Below, in pieces: positions 1 to 8,739 of a DNA stretch of 35,058 nt. The first letter of the stretch is position 1, and each line of letters starts with the position of its first letter. A program made the position numbers and the translations under genes. Under the pieces are notes generated by a model, which saw only the letters and a program-made list of their open reading frames with translations, was not told where the DNA came from and did no database searches. Source of the DNA: Gemmatimonadaceae bacterium. Lineage in GTDB: Bacteria > Gemmatimonadota > Gemmatimonadetes > Gemmatimonadales > Gemmatimonadaceae. The stretch is taken from positions 1 through 35,058 of the forward strand of contig JANXUN010000242.1 in assembly GCA_025356185.1 (NCBI GenBank), written 5' to 3'.

Positions 1-1029
1 TGCGTCTGCCGCCGCGCGCGCAGCAGTCGTGCGTACCGCGACCGCCGACGCATATCGCGACTGCAACGACGCATACAACGCGGGATCGGCGGCGCGCACC
101 TGCGCGTCGTGCGCCGGATTGAACAACATTGGTGGTGGCTCAAACACGAAAAACAGAAACACCAACACGCCAAACAACAGCACCAGTGCCTGCAACGGAA
201 TTTTCCAATACGCGCTGATCAACAACGAGCTGCGCGCTTCGTCAACCGACTTCGCCGCCAAGTATCGCTGTACCTGGCTCTGATCGGTGCCAAAATACGA
301 CAGCATCAAAAACGTGCCGCCGATAATTCCCGACCAAAAGGTGTACGTCTTCGTCACGTCGAACGAAAAATCAAACACCTGCATTCGACCCGCTGCGCCC
401 GCGATGCGAAACGCATCGTCAATGGGAATCGGCATACGCACGACCAGCACAATGACCATCGCTGTCAACGCGGCAACAACAATCACCATCTGTTTTACGT
501 CGGCCCACGCGACTGCGCGCACGCCACCAAAGACGGTGTACGTGATGGTGGGAATGCCAATCAACGCGACCGACCACGCGAGATTCCATCCAAAGATCGC
601 GGAGAACACCACGGCGGGTGCCGCGAGAATCGTGCTGCACGACATACCGCGCGACAGCAAAAACAACAGACTCGTGAGTGATCGCGTTTTTGCGTCAAAG
701 CGTCGCTCGAGATACTCGTACGCCGTGTACACTTTCGCGCCGTGCAAGAACGGGACGAGTGTGACGCCGAGGATAACCATCGCAATCGGCAGACCAAAAT
801 AGAACTGCACAAATTTGAGCCCGTCGGTCGCGCCTTGGCCAGTTGTGCCAATGAGCGTGACGGCTGATAACTGTGTGGCCATCACCGAAAGGCCAACTGC
901 CCACCACGGCAAGCTGCGTCCGGCGAGAAAGTATCCCTCGAGGTTTGAGTCGCCGCGTGAACGACGCAGTCCGTCAAACACTAAGTAGAACAAATACAGC
1001 GCAACAACGAGCCAGTTAATCCAATGCAT
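1..1029 (-). CDS. Sodium:solute symporter (SSS family), 3'-truncated by the window edge
   Basis: Missing from the ORF track because it has no stop in the window. Manual translation from ATG at 1029: MHWINWLVVALYLFYLVFDGLRRSRGDSNLEGYFLAGRSLPWWAVGLSVMATQLSAVTLIGTTGQG...YTAYEYLERRFD, which contains the typical SSS motifs YFLAGRSL and YEYLERRF. Confidence 0.93.
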   Translation of the reverse strand, partial: MHWINWLVVALYLFYLVFDGLRRSRGDSNLEGYFLAGRSLPWWAVGLSVMATQLSAVTLIGTTGQGATDGLKFVQFYFGLPIAMVILGVTLVPFLHGAKVYTAYEYLERRFDAKTRSLTSLLFLLSRGMSCSTILAAPAVVFSAIFGWNLAWSVALIGIPTITYTVFGGVRAVAWADVKQMVIVVAALTAMVIVLVVRMPIPIDDAFRIAGAAGRMQVFDFSFDVTKTYTFWSGIIGGTFLMLSYFGTDQSQVQRYLAAKSVDEARSSLLISAYWKIPLQALVLLFGVLVFLFFVFEPPPMLFNPAHDAQVRAADPALYASLQSRYASAVAVRTTAARAAADA

Positions 1030-1035
1030 AACGGC

Positions 1036-1134
1036 TCACGACGCGTATCGGGATTGCAGCAGCCAAAGCAGTGCGAGCGCCACTGCCTGGATGGTTAGCA
1101 CCCGCCAGAGATTTGTGCGGAATTGAGAGGACAT
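1036..1134 (-). CDS. Small (32 aa) single-TM membrane protein upstream of the SSS gene
   Basis: ATG..TGA ORF MSSQFRTNLWRVLTIQAVALALLWLLQSRYAS with one hydrophobic helix. It ends 6 nt before the symporter ATG on the same strand. Confidence 0.65.
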   Translation of the reverse strand: MSSQFRTNLWRVLTIQAVALALLWLLQSRYAS

Positions 1135-1199
1135 CGCTAAAAAGTACCACGCGGAACGGGCGACATCGACTAGAATTCATAGAGTCATGAACGAAATCG

Positions 1200-2489
1200 A
1201 TGGTTGATACTACTGCTGTGAAATTGCCGCACGTGCTGATCGTGGGCGGCGGCTTCGCGGGGCTGGCGGCGGCCCGCGCGCTCTCGCGTGCACCGGTTCG
1301 AATCACGCTAATCGATCGCGCGAACCACCACACCTTTCAGCCGTTGCTGTATCAGGTGGCCACAGCTGGGCTCGCGCCCAGTGATATCACGGTGCCGATT
1401 CGCTGGCGATTGCGCTCGCAGCGCAACGTCACGGTCTTGATGGCAGAAGTTCGCGAAGTACGACCACGCGAACGCGAGGTGTTGTTAGATGACGGTGCCA
1501 CTGTCGCGTACGACTATCTCATCGTCGCCACCGGTGCGCGTCACGCGTACTTTGGCCACGACGACTGGGAAGCGTATGCGCCCGGCCTCAAGAGCATCGA
1601 CGACGCGCTCAGCATGCGTCAGCGCTTTTTGGTGGCGTTTGAACGCGCAGAGCGAACATTGAATCCCGATAAGCGTCGCGCACTGCTGACGTTCGTGATT
1701 GTGGGTGCTGGACCGACGGGTGTCGAGCTCGCGGGGTCTATTCCGGACATCGCCAAGCGCGCATTCGTTCGCGATTTTCGCAACATCGACACGCGCACCA
1801 CGCGCGTCATACTCGTCGAGGCTGGTCCGCGAATCCTTTCGACCTTTCCGCTCGACCTGTCGGCAGCAGCGCAACGCGATCTTGAAAAACTTGGTGTTGA
1901 GGTGCGACTGGGAACTCCGGTGACGAATATCGACGCCGACTCTGTCACGATTGGCGCCGAACGCGTCCCCACGCACACCGTGTTTTGGGCCGCGGGAAAC
2001 GTCGCCTCGCCGCTAGGAAAAATGTTGAACGCCGAGACCGATCGCGCGGGGCGAGTGCACGTGGCCGCGGATTGCTCGGTCTCGGCGCACCCGGAGATTT
2101 TCGTGGTGGGCGATCTCTGCACGATTACCCGCGCAGACGGGCGTCCCGTGCCAGCTGTGGCGCCAACCGCGAATCAAACCGGTGCACACGCTGCCCGCGT
2201 GATTCGGGCTGAGCTTGCCGGAAACCCGCGTCCAGCATTTGCGTACTTTCACAAGGGCGACCTCGCGACCATCGGGCGGCACAAAGCGGTAGCGGCGTTT
2301 GGACGTGTGCACGTCAGCGGCTACTTCACGTGGTTTTTGTGGCTGTTTGTGCACCTGATGTATCTGGTGGGATTTCGAAATCGCGCGACGGTGCTCATCC
2401 AGTGGGCTTACGCTTACGTAACGTACCAACGCGGCGTGCGACTGATCTTTGACAGAAACCGTTTGACCCAGACGGGCGACAGACGCTAA
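1200..2489 (+). CDS. ndh: Type II NADH:quinone oxidoreductase (NDH-2)
   Basis: FAD motif VLIVGGGFAG, HTFQPLLYQVATA, NAD motif VIVGAGPTGVELAG, FVVGD, and C-terminal YFHKGDLATIGR and WLFVHLMYLVGFRNR. The start may instead be the GTG a few codons downstream. Confidence 0.93.
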   Translation: MVDTTAVKLPHVLIVGGGFAGLAAARALSRAPVRITLIDRANHHTFQPLLYQVATAGLAPSDITVPIRWRLRSQRNVTVLMAEVREVRPREREVLLDDGATVAYDYLIVATGARHAYFGHDDWEAYAPGLKSIDDALSMRQRFLVAFERAERTLNPDKRRALLTFVIVGAGPTGVELAGSIPDIAKRAFVRDFRNIDTRTTRVILVEAGPRILSTFPLDLSAAAQRDLEKLGVEVRLGTPVTNIDADSVTIGAERVPTHTVFWAAGNVASPLGKMLNAETDRAGRVHVAADCSVSAHPEIFVVGDLCTITRADGRPVPAVAPTANQTGAHAARVIRAELAGNPRPAFAYFHKGDLATIGRHKAVAAFGRVHVSGYFTWFLWLFVHLMYLVGFRNRATVLIQWAYAYVTYQRGVRLIFDRNRLTQTGDRR

Positions 2490-2492
2490 ATT

Positions 2493-2525
2493 CTCATGGC
2501 TATCTCCCGATGCAGATAGCATGAG
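2493..2525 (+). promoter_or_regulatory. Strong stem-loop between ndh and the kinase gene
   Basis: CTCAT-G-GCTATCT / CCCGATGC / AGATAGC-ATGAG forms a 12-bp stem with one bulge. There is no U-tract. Confidence 0.5.
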
Positions 2526-4650
2526 GCTCGGCGACGCTGCCGCACCGATGATCCCTTCTCGCGAGCTGTTCATGTCCGTCGAGTCGGAACGCGGCGATGC
2601 GTTCGTAGTCACTCCCGAGCGCGCGCAGGCGCCCACGAATTCTCGAGCATTCTCTGCGAATGCGGCAGGCGAGCTGTCGCCTTCCGCGCTTGGCGCGCTC
2701 TTGGAAGGGCTGCCGAATGCTGCGCTCGTGTTTTCGGCCGACGGGACGCTGCAAGCGATGAATCGCGCGGCACGTGCGTTCGCCATCGTTGACGCCCTTG
2801 CACCAATCACTTCGCAGCGCGTCGACGTTGTTCTCGCTCGCGTGAGCGATGTGGCCATTCCGCTGTATCACCGCGTTCGTCAAGGCGAGCGTCTTAGTGC
2901 TGAGACGCATTTTAGTGTCGAGCTTGAGCGGTGGTTGGATGTGCATGTCACGCCGATGCCAGCGGCCATGCTGCTGGTGACGATTGCCGATATGACCGAT
3001 CGAGAAATGCAGCGCGCTCGCCTCGTGCGTGTGGAGCGTGAGTTGGAGGCGTTGCTGTCGTTGTCGGCGTCATCGGTGCGCATCGCTGACGCGCATGGAC
3101 GCATTGTGCGGACGAACGAAATCGCCGCCGCTGAACACGATGATGCGTCTCCGGCCACGCTTCGGGCGCTGTGGGAGCGCGATCAACCGCATCACCTCGA
3201 CGAGGACATCGCGATTCCGTTTGCGTCCACGATCGCGATGCGCGCGCTCGCGGGTCTTACGGTGCGTCGCGAAACGGCGACGGTGCGCCGAAATGCGAAT
3301 CGAGAACCACGTGTCATTGAGAGCAGTGCGATGCCGATCGTGGACGAATCGCGCGCGGTGATTGGTGCCGTCATCATCGAGCGCGATGTGACCGCAAGTC
3401 AGTTTCTCGAACGCACGCTCGATCAAGAAGTGTTGCGCAGCGCGGAGCTGGAATCGCTCGTGCTTACCGAAGCGGATCGCATCGAGCAGATTGTCGAAGA
3501 GCGTGCGCGCGCGCTCGCAAAGCGTGAAGAGGCGACGTCGCGCGACAGGCGCTTGTCGGCGATCGGACAGCTCGCGGCCGGCGTGATGCACGATGTGAAC
3601 AACGCGCTCAATCCGATCATGGCCGCCGCGTACTTGCTGCGCCATCATGCGGAGTCCCCTGATGCCGTGCGTGACTACGCCGATCGCATCAAGAAGGCCG
3701 CGGAAACGGGCGCCGCAACTGCGTCGCGCGTCGGTCGATTCATTCGCCAAGAACCGCTACACCCGGGAACCGATGAGTTGCTCGATCTGTCCGCGCTAGT
3801 GGATGAAGTGCTAGAGCTGACCGAGCCCATGCGACAGCGTCGTGCGAGCGAACGTCCAGAAGTGACGGTCACTCGGGATTACGATGACGACGCGCGCATC
3901 CGTGGGCTATCGGGTGAAATTCGCGAGGCGCTGTTCAACCTGGTCGCAAATTCGATGGACGCGATGCCGGCCGGTGGAACGCTCAGTGTGCGAACCGGGG
4001 TCGAGTTCGGCGACGCTATTGTCACCGTCGCTGATGACGGCGTTGGCATGACGGACGAGGTCCGGGAACGGGCCTTCGAGCCCTTTTTTACCACGAAAGG
4101 AGCGGGTGGAAGCGGGCTCGGCTTAGCCGAAGTGTACGGGATCGCGCGGCGTCATCGCGGTTCGGTGACGATCTCGTCGGCGCCCGGCGCGGGAGCGGCT
4201 GTCACCATGCGTTTTCCCTTGGACCTGAGCCGCTCAGTCGCGGCCGTTGTCGAGGAACCAGACGCGAAGACCGACCCCAAACACATATTGGTGGTTGAAG
4301 ATCACGAGGACGGGCGCGAGTTTTTGCGACGGCTCCTGCGCGCGGCTGGTCACACAGTAGACGCGGTCGGGAGCTGCGCCGAGGCACGCGAGCGGTTGGC
4401 GTCGCCGTCGGCGTTGTTGTACCATGTAATGTTGACCGACGTGGGTCTCCCAGATGGGAGCGGATGGGATTTAGTGACCTACGTCCGCACTCGGTTTCCG
4501 GCACTTCGAGTGGGCGTGATTACTGGATGGGAACCGATGGTCAGTGGTGATGATGCACTTGGCGCGGAGTTTGTGATGCGCAAACCGCTTCGTGCTGCAG
4601 AGTTGCTCTCTTACATTGCGGGCCGAAAATTGCCTGCGCAACCGAAATAA
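2521..4650 (+). CDS. Cytoplasmic hybrid sensor histidine kinase (PAS-PAS-HisKA-HATPase-REC)
   Basis: H-box AGVMHDVNNAL, N-box NLVANSMDAM, G1 DDGVGM, F-box FEPFFTTK, G2 GSGLGL, and a receiver domain (VVEDH, LTDVGLPDGSG, KP). No clear TM segment. The start is uncertain (2521, 2548 or 2572). Confidence 0.93.
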   Translation: MRLGDAAAPMIPSRELFMSVESERGDAFVVTPERAQAPTNSRAFSANAAGELSPSALGALLEGLPNAALVFSADGTLQAMNRAARAFAIVDALAPITSQRVDVVLARVSDVAIPLYHRVRQGERLSAETHFSVELERWLDVHVTPMPAAMLLVTIADMTDREMQRARLVRVERELEALLSLSASSVRIADAHGRIVRTNEIAAAEHDDASPATLRALWERDQPHHLDEDIAIPFASTIAMRALAGLTVRRETATVRRNANREPRVIESSAMPIVDESRAVIGAVIIERDVTASQFLERTLDQEVLRSAELESLVLTEADRIEQIVEERARALAKREEATSRDRRLSAIGQLAAGVMHDVNNALNPIMAAAYLLRHHAESPDAVRDYADRIKKAAETGAATASRVGRFIRQEPLHPGTDELLDLSALVDEVLELTEPMRQRRASERPEVTVTRDYDDDARIRGLSGEIREALFNLVANSMDAMPAGGTLSVRTGVEFGDAIVTVADDGVGMTDEVRERAFEPFFTTKGAGGSGLGLAEVYGIARRHRGSVTISSAPGAGAAVTMRFPLDLSRSVAAVVEEPDAKTDPKHILVVEDHEDGREFLRRLLRAAGHTVDAVGSCAEARERLASPSALLYHVMLTDVGLPDGSGWDLVTYVRTRFPALRVGVITGWEPMVSGDDALGAEFVMRKPLRAAELLSYIAGRKLPAQPK

Positions 4651-4654
4651 CAAC

Positions 4655-5257
4655 ATGTCGGACGTCCCTTCGACGATTCGCGTGCTGGTGGCAGAAGACA
4701 ATGCGCTGGAACGATCCACGTTAGTGGATTTGTTGACAGCGCTTGGACATATGGTCGTCGCAGAAGTTGCAAGCGGTGCCGAAGCCATTGAACGCGCTCA
4801 ACAGTTGACACCGGATGCGGTGTTGCTCGATGTGCATATGCCGGGCGCGAGCGGCGTGCAGGCAGCAGAACAGATCGCCGCGGCGCTGCCTGGCACCGCA
4901 GTCATTTTGATTACCGGCGATTTATCGCTGACGTTGTCGACGGCGGACGTGATGCGTAGCGCGGCAGTGGCGTTGTTAGCCAAACCGACACCTCACACCA
5001 CCCTCGACGCGACGTTACGCATGGCGGTGTTGCGTGCGCGCGAATTGCTCGCGGCCAAGCGCGAAGCGACGCAAGCGAAAGAGCAGCTGGAAGCGCGCAA
5101 GCTGATTGAGCGCGCGAAAGGCATTCTGATGCGCCGCACGGGCAGCAGCGAACAGGAAGCGTATCGCATCATGCAACGGAGCAGTCAGGACCGCTCGGTG
5201 CGCATGGTGGATATCGCCCGTGCCGTGATCGACAGCGAACCAGGCAGCAAAGCGTAA
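4655..5257 (+). CDS. Response regulator with REC and ANTAR RNA-binding output domain (EutV/PdtaR/NasT-like)
   Basis: REC motifs VAEDN, LLDVHMPG and AKP. ANTAR signature LEARKLIERAKGILM...EQEAYRIMQRSSQDRSVRMVDIA. ATG at 4655 lies 4 nt after the kinase stop. Confidence 0.93.
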   Translation: MSDVPSTIRVLVAEDNALERSTLVDLLTALGHMVVAEVASGAEAIERAQQLTPDAVLLDVHMPGASGVQAAEQIAAALPGTAVILITGDLSLTLSTADVMRSAAVALLAKPTPHTTLDATLRMAVLRARELLAAKREATQAKEQLEARKLIERAKGILMRRTGSSEQEAYRIMQRSSQDRSVRMVDIARAVIDSEPGSKA

Positions 5258-5280
5258 TCGCTGCCCTGTTCGCGCCGCGC

Positions 5281-6756
5281 TTACGAAATCGGTTTGCCCG
5301 GCGTCGGGCCTGCGACCTGCTTGACCAACTCGTAGAGAAACGCTAATCCGTCATAGTACGATTTGACGCGGAGTTTTTCGTCGCGTCCGTGGGCGTTGGT
5401 CTCACCTGGTGCGGAGAAGATTCCGCTCACGCCGTACGTCGGTATGCCAGCGTTGCGCAAAAAGCGTCCATCGGTTGCGCCGGTCGACATCGTGGGGATG
5501 ACGGGCACGTCGTTGAACATTTTTTTCGTGAGCGCTGTCGTCGCGGCGAGCAGAGTGGGGTCGATGGCGCTTGGTTTGCCACCAGCATTGTTGCGATCAC
5601 CGCCGCGCATCGTGATGCGCACCGACGTGTCGTTTACGACCGTGTTGAGTTCGTCCATGACTTGTTGCGCCGTGGATGTTGGGGCAACACGACAGTTCAC
5701 ATTCGCCGTCGCGGTTTGCGGGAGCGCGTTGTCGGCGTGTCCACCGTTCAGCCGTGTGGCGACGCAACTCGTGCGCAGCATCGACGCGTAGCGCGGATCT
5801 TTCGAGATGATCGCAGCGGCTTCGAGATCTTTTGGATTCGCCACAATCGCCGTCATTGCTTTCGCGAGCGACGGCATTTCGACCTTCGCCGTTTGTGCGA
5901 AGAACGGTCGCGACACGTCGTTCAGTTCGACGGGAAACGTGTAGCGCTCGACCTTTGTGAGCGCGGACGCCAGCGAATAGATCGCGTTGTCTTTGCGTGG
6001 CACGCTCGAGTGACCACCGGTATTGAGCACCGTGAACGTGTAATTCACCGGCACTTTTTCGGCGGCTTGTATTGAGTGAAAGAGTGGTTTGTCATCCATG
6101 AGCGTGCCACCGCCGCCTTCGTTGATCGCGTATTCACCGTCGATCAATTCTTTATGGTTGGCGATGAGCCAACCCACGCCGTTGCTGCCGCCACCTTCTT
6201 CGTCGGCGGTGAGTGCGAGAATGAGATCACGCGTCGGCACCCACCCTTCGGCTTTGTAGCGCAACACGTTGGCAACGAACATCGACGCCATCGATTTGTC
6301 GTCGGACGTTCCGCGTCCCAAGAAATACCCGTTCTCTTCGACCATGACGAACGGATCACGCGGCCAATCGCTGCGCAGTGCGGCAACGACATCAAGGTGC
6401 GCGAGCAAGAGAATGGGCTTGCCCTGATTCTTGCCGCGGAAGCGCACGACGAGGTTCTGCTTGCTCGGTTTATCCGCCGGACCAAGAATGTGAATGTCGG
6501 CTTCGGGAAATCCGGCCGCGCGGAATCGGGCGGCCATGGCTTCGGCGGCTTTCGTGACCGAACCGACCGAATCGACCGTGTTGATTTCGACAAGCTCTTT
6601 GTAGATCGCCCGCGCGGCGGCTTGCTCTTTCGTGAGCGTGGTCGGTGCGCCTGGGGCGCTCATGCGCGGCTGCGCGTGGGCGACCGGCGATACCCACGCG
6701 GCCGTGAGTCCGGCGGAGAGCACACCAGCGTGCAGGCGATTGCGAAAGCGAGTCAT
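5281..6756 (-). CDS. Secreted M20/M25/M40 family metallopeptidase/amidohydrolase
   Basis: Signal peptide (AHA-Q), LLAHLDVV, GRGTSDDK, ADEEGG, INEGG, GGHSS and HGRDE motifs. Confidence 0.92.
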   Translation of the reverse strand: MTRFRNRLHAGVLSAGLTAAWVSPVAHAQPRMSAPGAPTTLTKEQAAARAIYKELVEINTVDSVGSVTKAAEAMAARFRAAGFPEADIHILGPADKPSKQNLVVRFRGKNQGKPILLLAHLDVVAALRSDWPRDPFVMVEENGYFLGRGTSDDKSMASMFVANVLRYKAEGWVPTRDLILALTADEEGGGSNGVGWLIANHKELIDGEYAINEGGGGTLMDDKPLFHSIQAAEKVPVNYTFTVLNTGGHSSVPRKDNAIYSLASALTKVERYTFPVELNDVSRPFFAQTAKVEMPSLAKAMTAIVANPKDLEAAAIISKDPRYASMLRTSCVATRLNGGHADNALPQTATANVNCRVAPTSTAQQVMDELNTVVNDTSVRITMRGGDRNNAGGKPSAIDPTLLAATTALTKKMFNDVPVIPTMSTGATDGRFLRNAGIPTYGVSGIFSAPGETNAHGRDEKLRVKSYYDGLAFLYELVKQVAGPTPGKPIS

Positions 6757-7107
6757 CGGAGAGTCGGCAGAGGGTGAGCGTGCATGCCGAAAGTACGCCT
6801 CTCCGGTGTTACCGCACTAGTGGCTCACCCGCATACTGGCGTCAACCCGACCGTCGGCACCATCGAATCGGCATCGGATGTGATGCCTGAATGGGCAGCA
6901 TCAACATGAGTGCAGAAAGTGCAGGGATGAGCAGCATATGCAACTGAGGAAGTGACGCGAGGGATCATCTTTTCGACATGCGTCTCGTGAAATCCCCTAG
7001 GCGGAAGCGCGAACATTCGACTAAGCTTTTCGGTGTCCAGCGACGATTCCGCTCATGCCGTTTCGGTCGCCGCAGTTCCCACCGTTTGCTTTCGCACAGG
7101 ACCCGCC

Positions 7108-8739
7108 GTGACCCGTTCGCGTCGTGACTTCCTCAAGACTTCCGCGGTTGCGGCTGCCAGCTCGTTGGTTGCCGGTAAAGCACTCGCCGCGGAGGGTTTG
7201 ATTCATCATCCGTACGCTGCCGATCGACCATCGGTCGACGATCCAGCGATCAAAGCGCTGATGCAAGTGGCGCTCGACACCGCGAAGTCTGGCGGTGCGT
7301 CGTACGCCGATGTGCGCGTAGCGGCGCGACGTCAGCAAAACGTGAATGTGCGCGATCATATCGTGCAGGGCGTGAACGACGTCGACACCTTTGGTATGGG
7401 TGTGCGCACACTGGTTGATGGTGCGTGGGGCTTTGCGGCGACGAGCGTCCTGAACAAGGATTCGGTCGCATCCATCGCACGTGCCGCGCTTGAACAAGCG
7501 AAAGCGAACCGCGCGAGCCAATTGCGACCTGTCGTACTCGCACCAACGCCCGGAAATCAGATCGGCGAGTGGAAGAGTCCCATCACGACCGATCCGTTTA
7601 ACGTCGCGATTGGCGATAAGGTCGCGGTGTTGCTCGCCGCCACCGACGCCGCGATGAAAGTGAAAGGCATTCGCACGGCGACCGCCGGCATGTTTTTCTT
7701 GCGCGAAGAAAAATCGTTGATGACCAGCGATGGGTCGTACATCGTGCAAACGATTTATCGCACATCGCCCACGCTCTCGGTGACCGCGGTGTCGAGCGAC
7801 TTTAGCGACTTCCAGTCGATCGACAGCAACGATATCGCGCCGATGGGATTGGGCTACGAGCATGTGCTCAATTCCAAACTCGCCGATCGTGCGCCGCAGT
7901 ACGCCGAATGGGCCGTGCAAAAGTTGACGGCCAAGCCCGTCGAGCCAGGTCGCTACGATCTGTTGCTGCACCCGTCCAACTTGTGGCTTACGATTCATGA
8001 AGTGGTGTCGCATCCCACCGAACTTGATCGCGCACTCGGCTTTGAGGCGAACTACGCCGGCACCAGTTTTGTTGCGCCGCCCGACCAAGTCTTGGGCAAA
8101 CTCAAATACGGCACCGAGCTGATGAACATCGTCGGTGATCGCGACCAGAAGGGTTCATTGGGCGCGATCGGTTGGGACGATGAAGCGGTCAAGCCAACAC
8201 GATTCGATATCGTAAAGAACGGCGTGTTTGTCGACTATCAAACGACGCGCGAACAAGCGACGCTGATGGCCGACTACTACAAGAAAGTTGGCAAGCCTGT
8301 GCGCAGTTATGGCTGTTCGTACGCGCAAAGTTGGGCCGACGTGCAATTCCAGCGCATGCCGAACGTGAGTCTGCAGCCGGGGAACAACGATGACACGTGG
8401 GAAAGCATGATTGGCAAGATGGACAAAGGCATCGCGATTATTGGCGACGGATCATTTTCCATCGATCAACAACGGTATAACGGACAGTTTGCGGGCCAAG
8501 TGTTTTACGAGGTGAAGGGCGGAAAGATTGTCGGCATGCTCAAAGACGTCGCCTATCAATTCCGCACGCCAAACTTTTGGGGATCACTCAAAGCCATTGG
8601 CGGTCCGCGCAGCTATTTGCTGGGCGGTGCATTCGGAGACGCGAAAGGACAGCCGGGACAATCGAACTCGGTCAGTCATGGCTGTGTCCCGTCGCTCTTT
8701 CAACAGACCAACATCATCAACACGGGACGGCGCGCATGA
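7108..8739 (+). CDS. tldD: TldD/PmbA family metalloprotease (TldD, catalytic subunit) with Tat signal peptide
   Basis: GTG at 7108 after AGGA. Tat motif SRRDFLK followed by a hydrophobic stretch and ALA-A. Also YADVRV, GAWGFAA, the Zn motif HEVVSH and QRMPN. Confidence 0.9.
   Translation: MTRSRRDFLKTSAVAAASSLVAGKALAAEGLIHHPYAADRPSVDDPAIKALMQVALDTAKSGGASYADVRVAARRQQNVNVRDHIVQGVNDVDTFGMGVRTLVDGAWGFAATSVLNKDSVASIARAALEQAKANRASQLRPVVLAPTPGNQIGEWKSPITTDPFNVAIGDKVAVLLAATDAAMKVKGIRTATAGMFFLREEKSLMTSDGSYIVQTIYRTSPTLSVTAVSSDFSDFQSIDSNDIAPMGLGYEHVLNSKLADRAPQYAEWAVQKLTAKPVEPGRYDLLLHPSNLWLTIHEVVSHPTELDRALGFEANYAGTSFVAPPDQVLGKLKYGTELMNIVGDRDQKGSLGAIGWDDEAVKPTRFDIVKNGVFVDYQTTREQATLMADYYKKVGKPVRSYGCSYAQSWADVQFQRMPNVSLQPGNNDDTWESMIGKMDKGIAIIGDGSFSIDQQRYNGQFAGQVFYEVKGGKIVGMLKDVAYQFRTPNFWGSLKAIGGPRSYLLGGAFGDAKGQPGQSNSVSHGCVPSLFQQTNIINTGRRA

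Noticed and set aside
29-907. Plus-strand and alternative-frame ORFs listed at the window start
   Set aside because: They are shadows of the minus-strand SSS gene, which has clear family motifs.
7021-8088. Long antisense ORFs (355 aa here; also 2013-2858, 9606-10487, 19854-20738 and others)
   Set aside because: Expected in high-GC coding DNA. They have no motifs and lie opposite well-supported genes.
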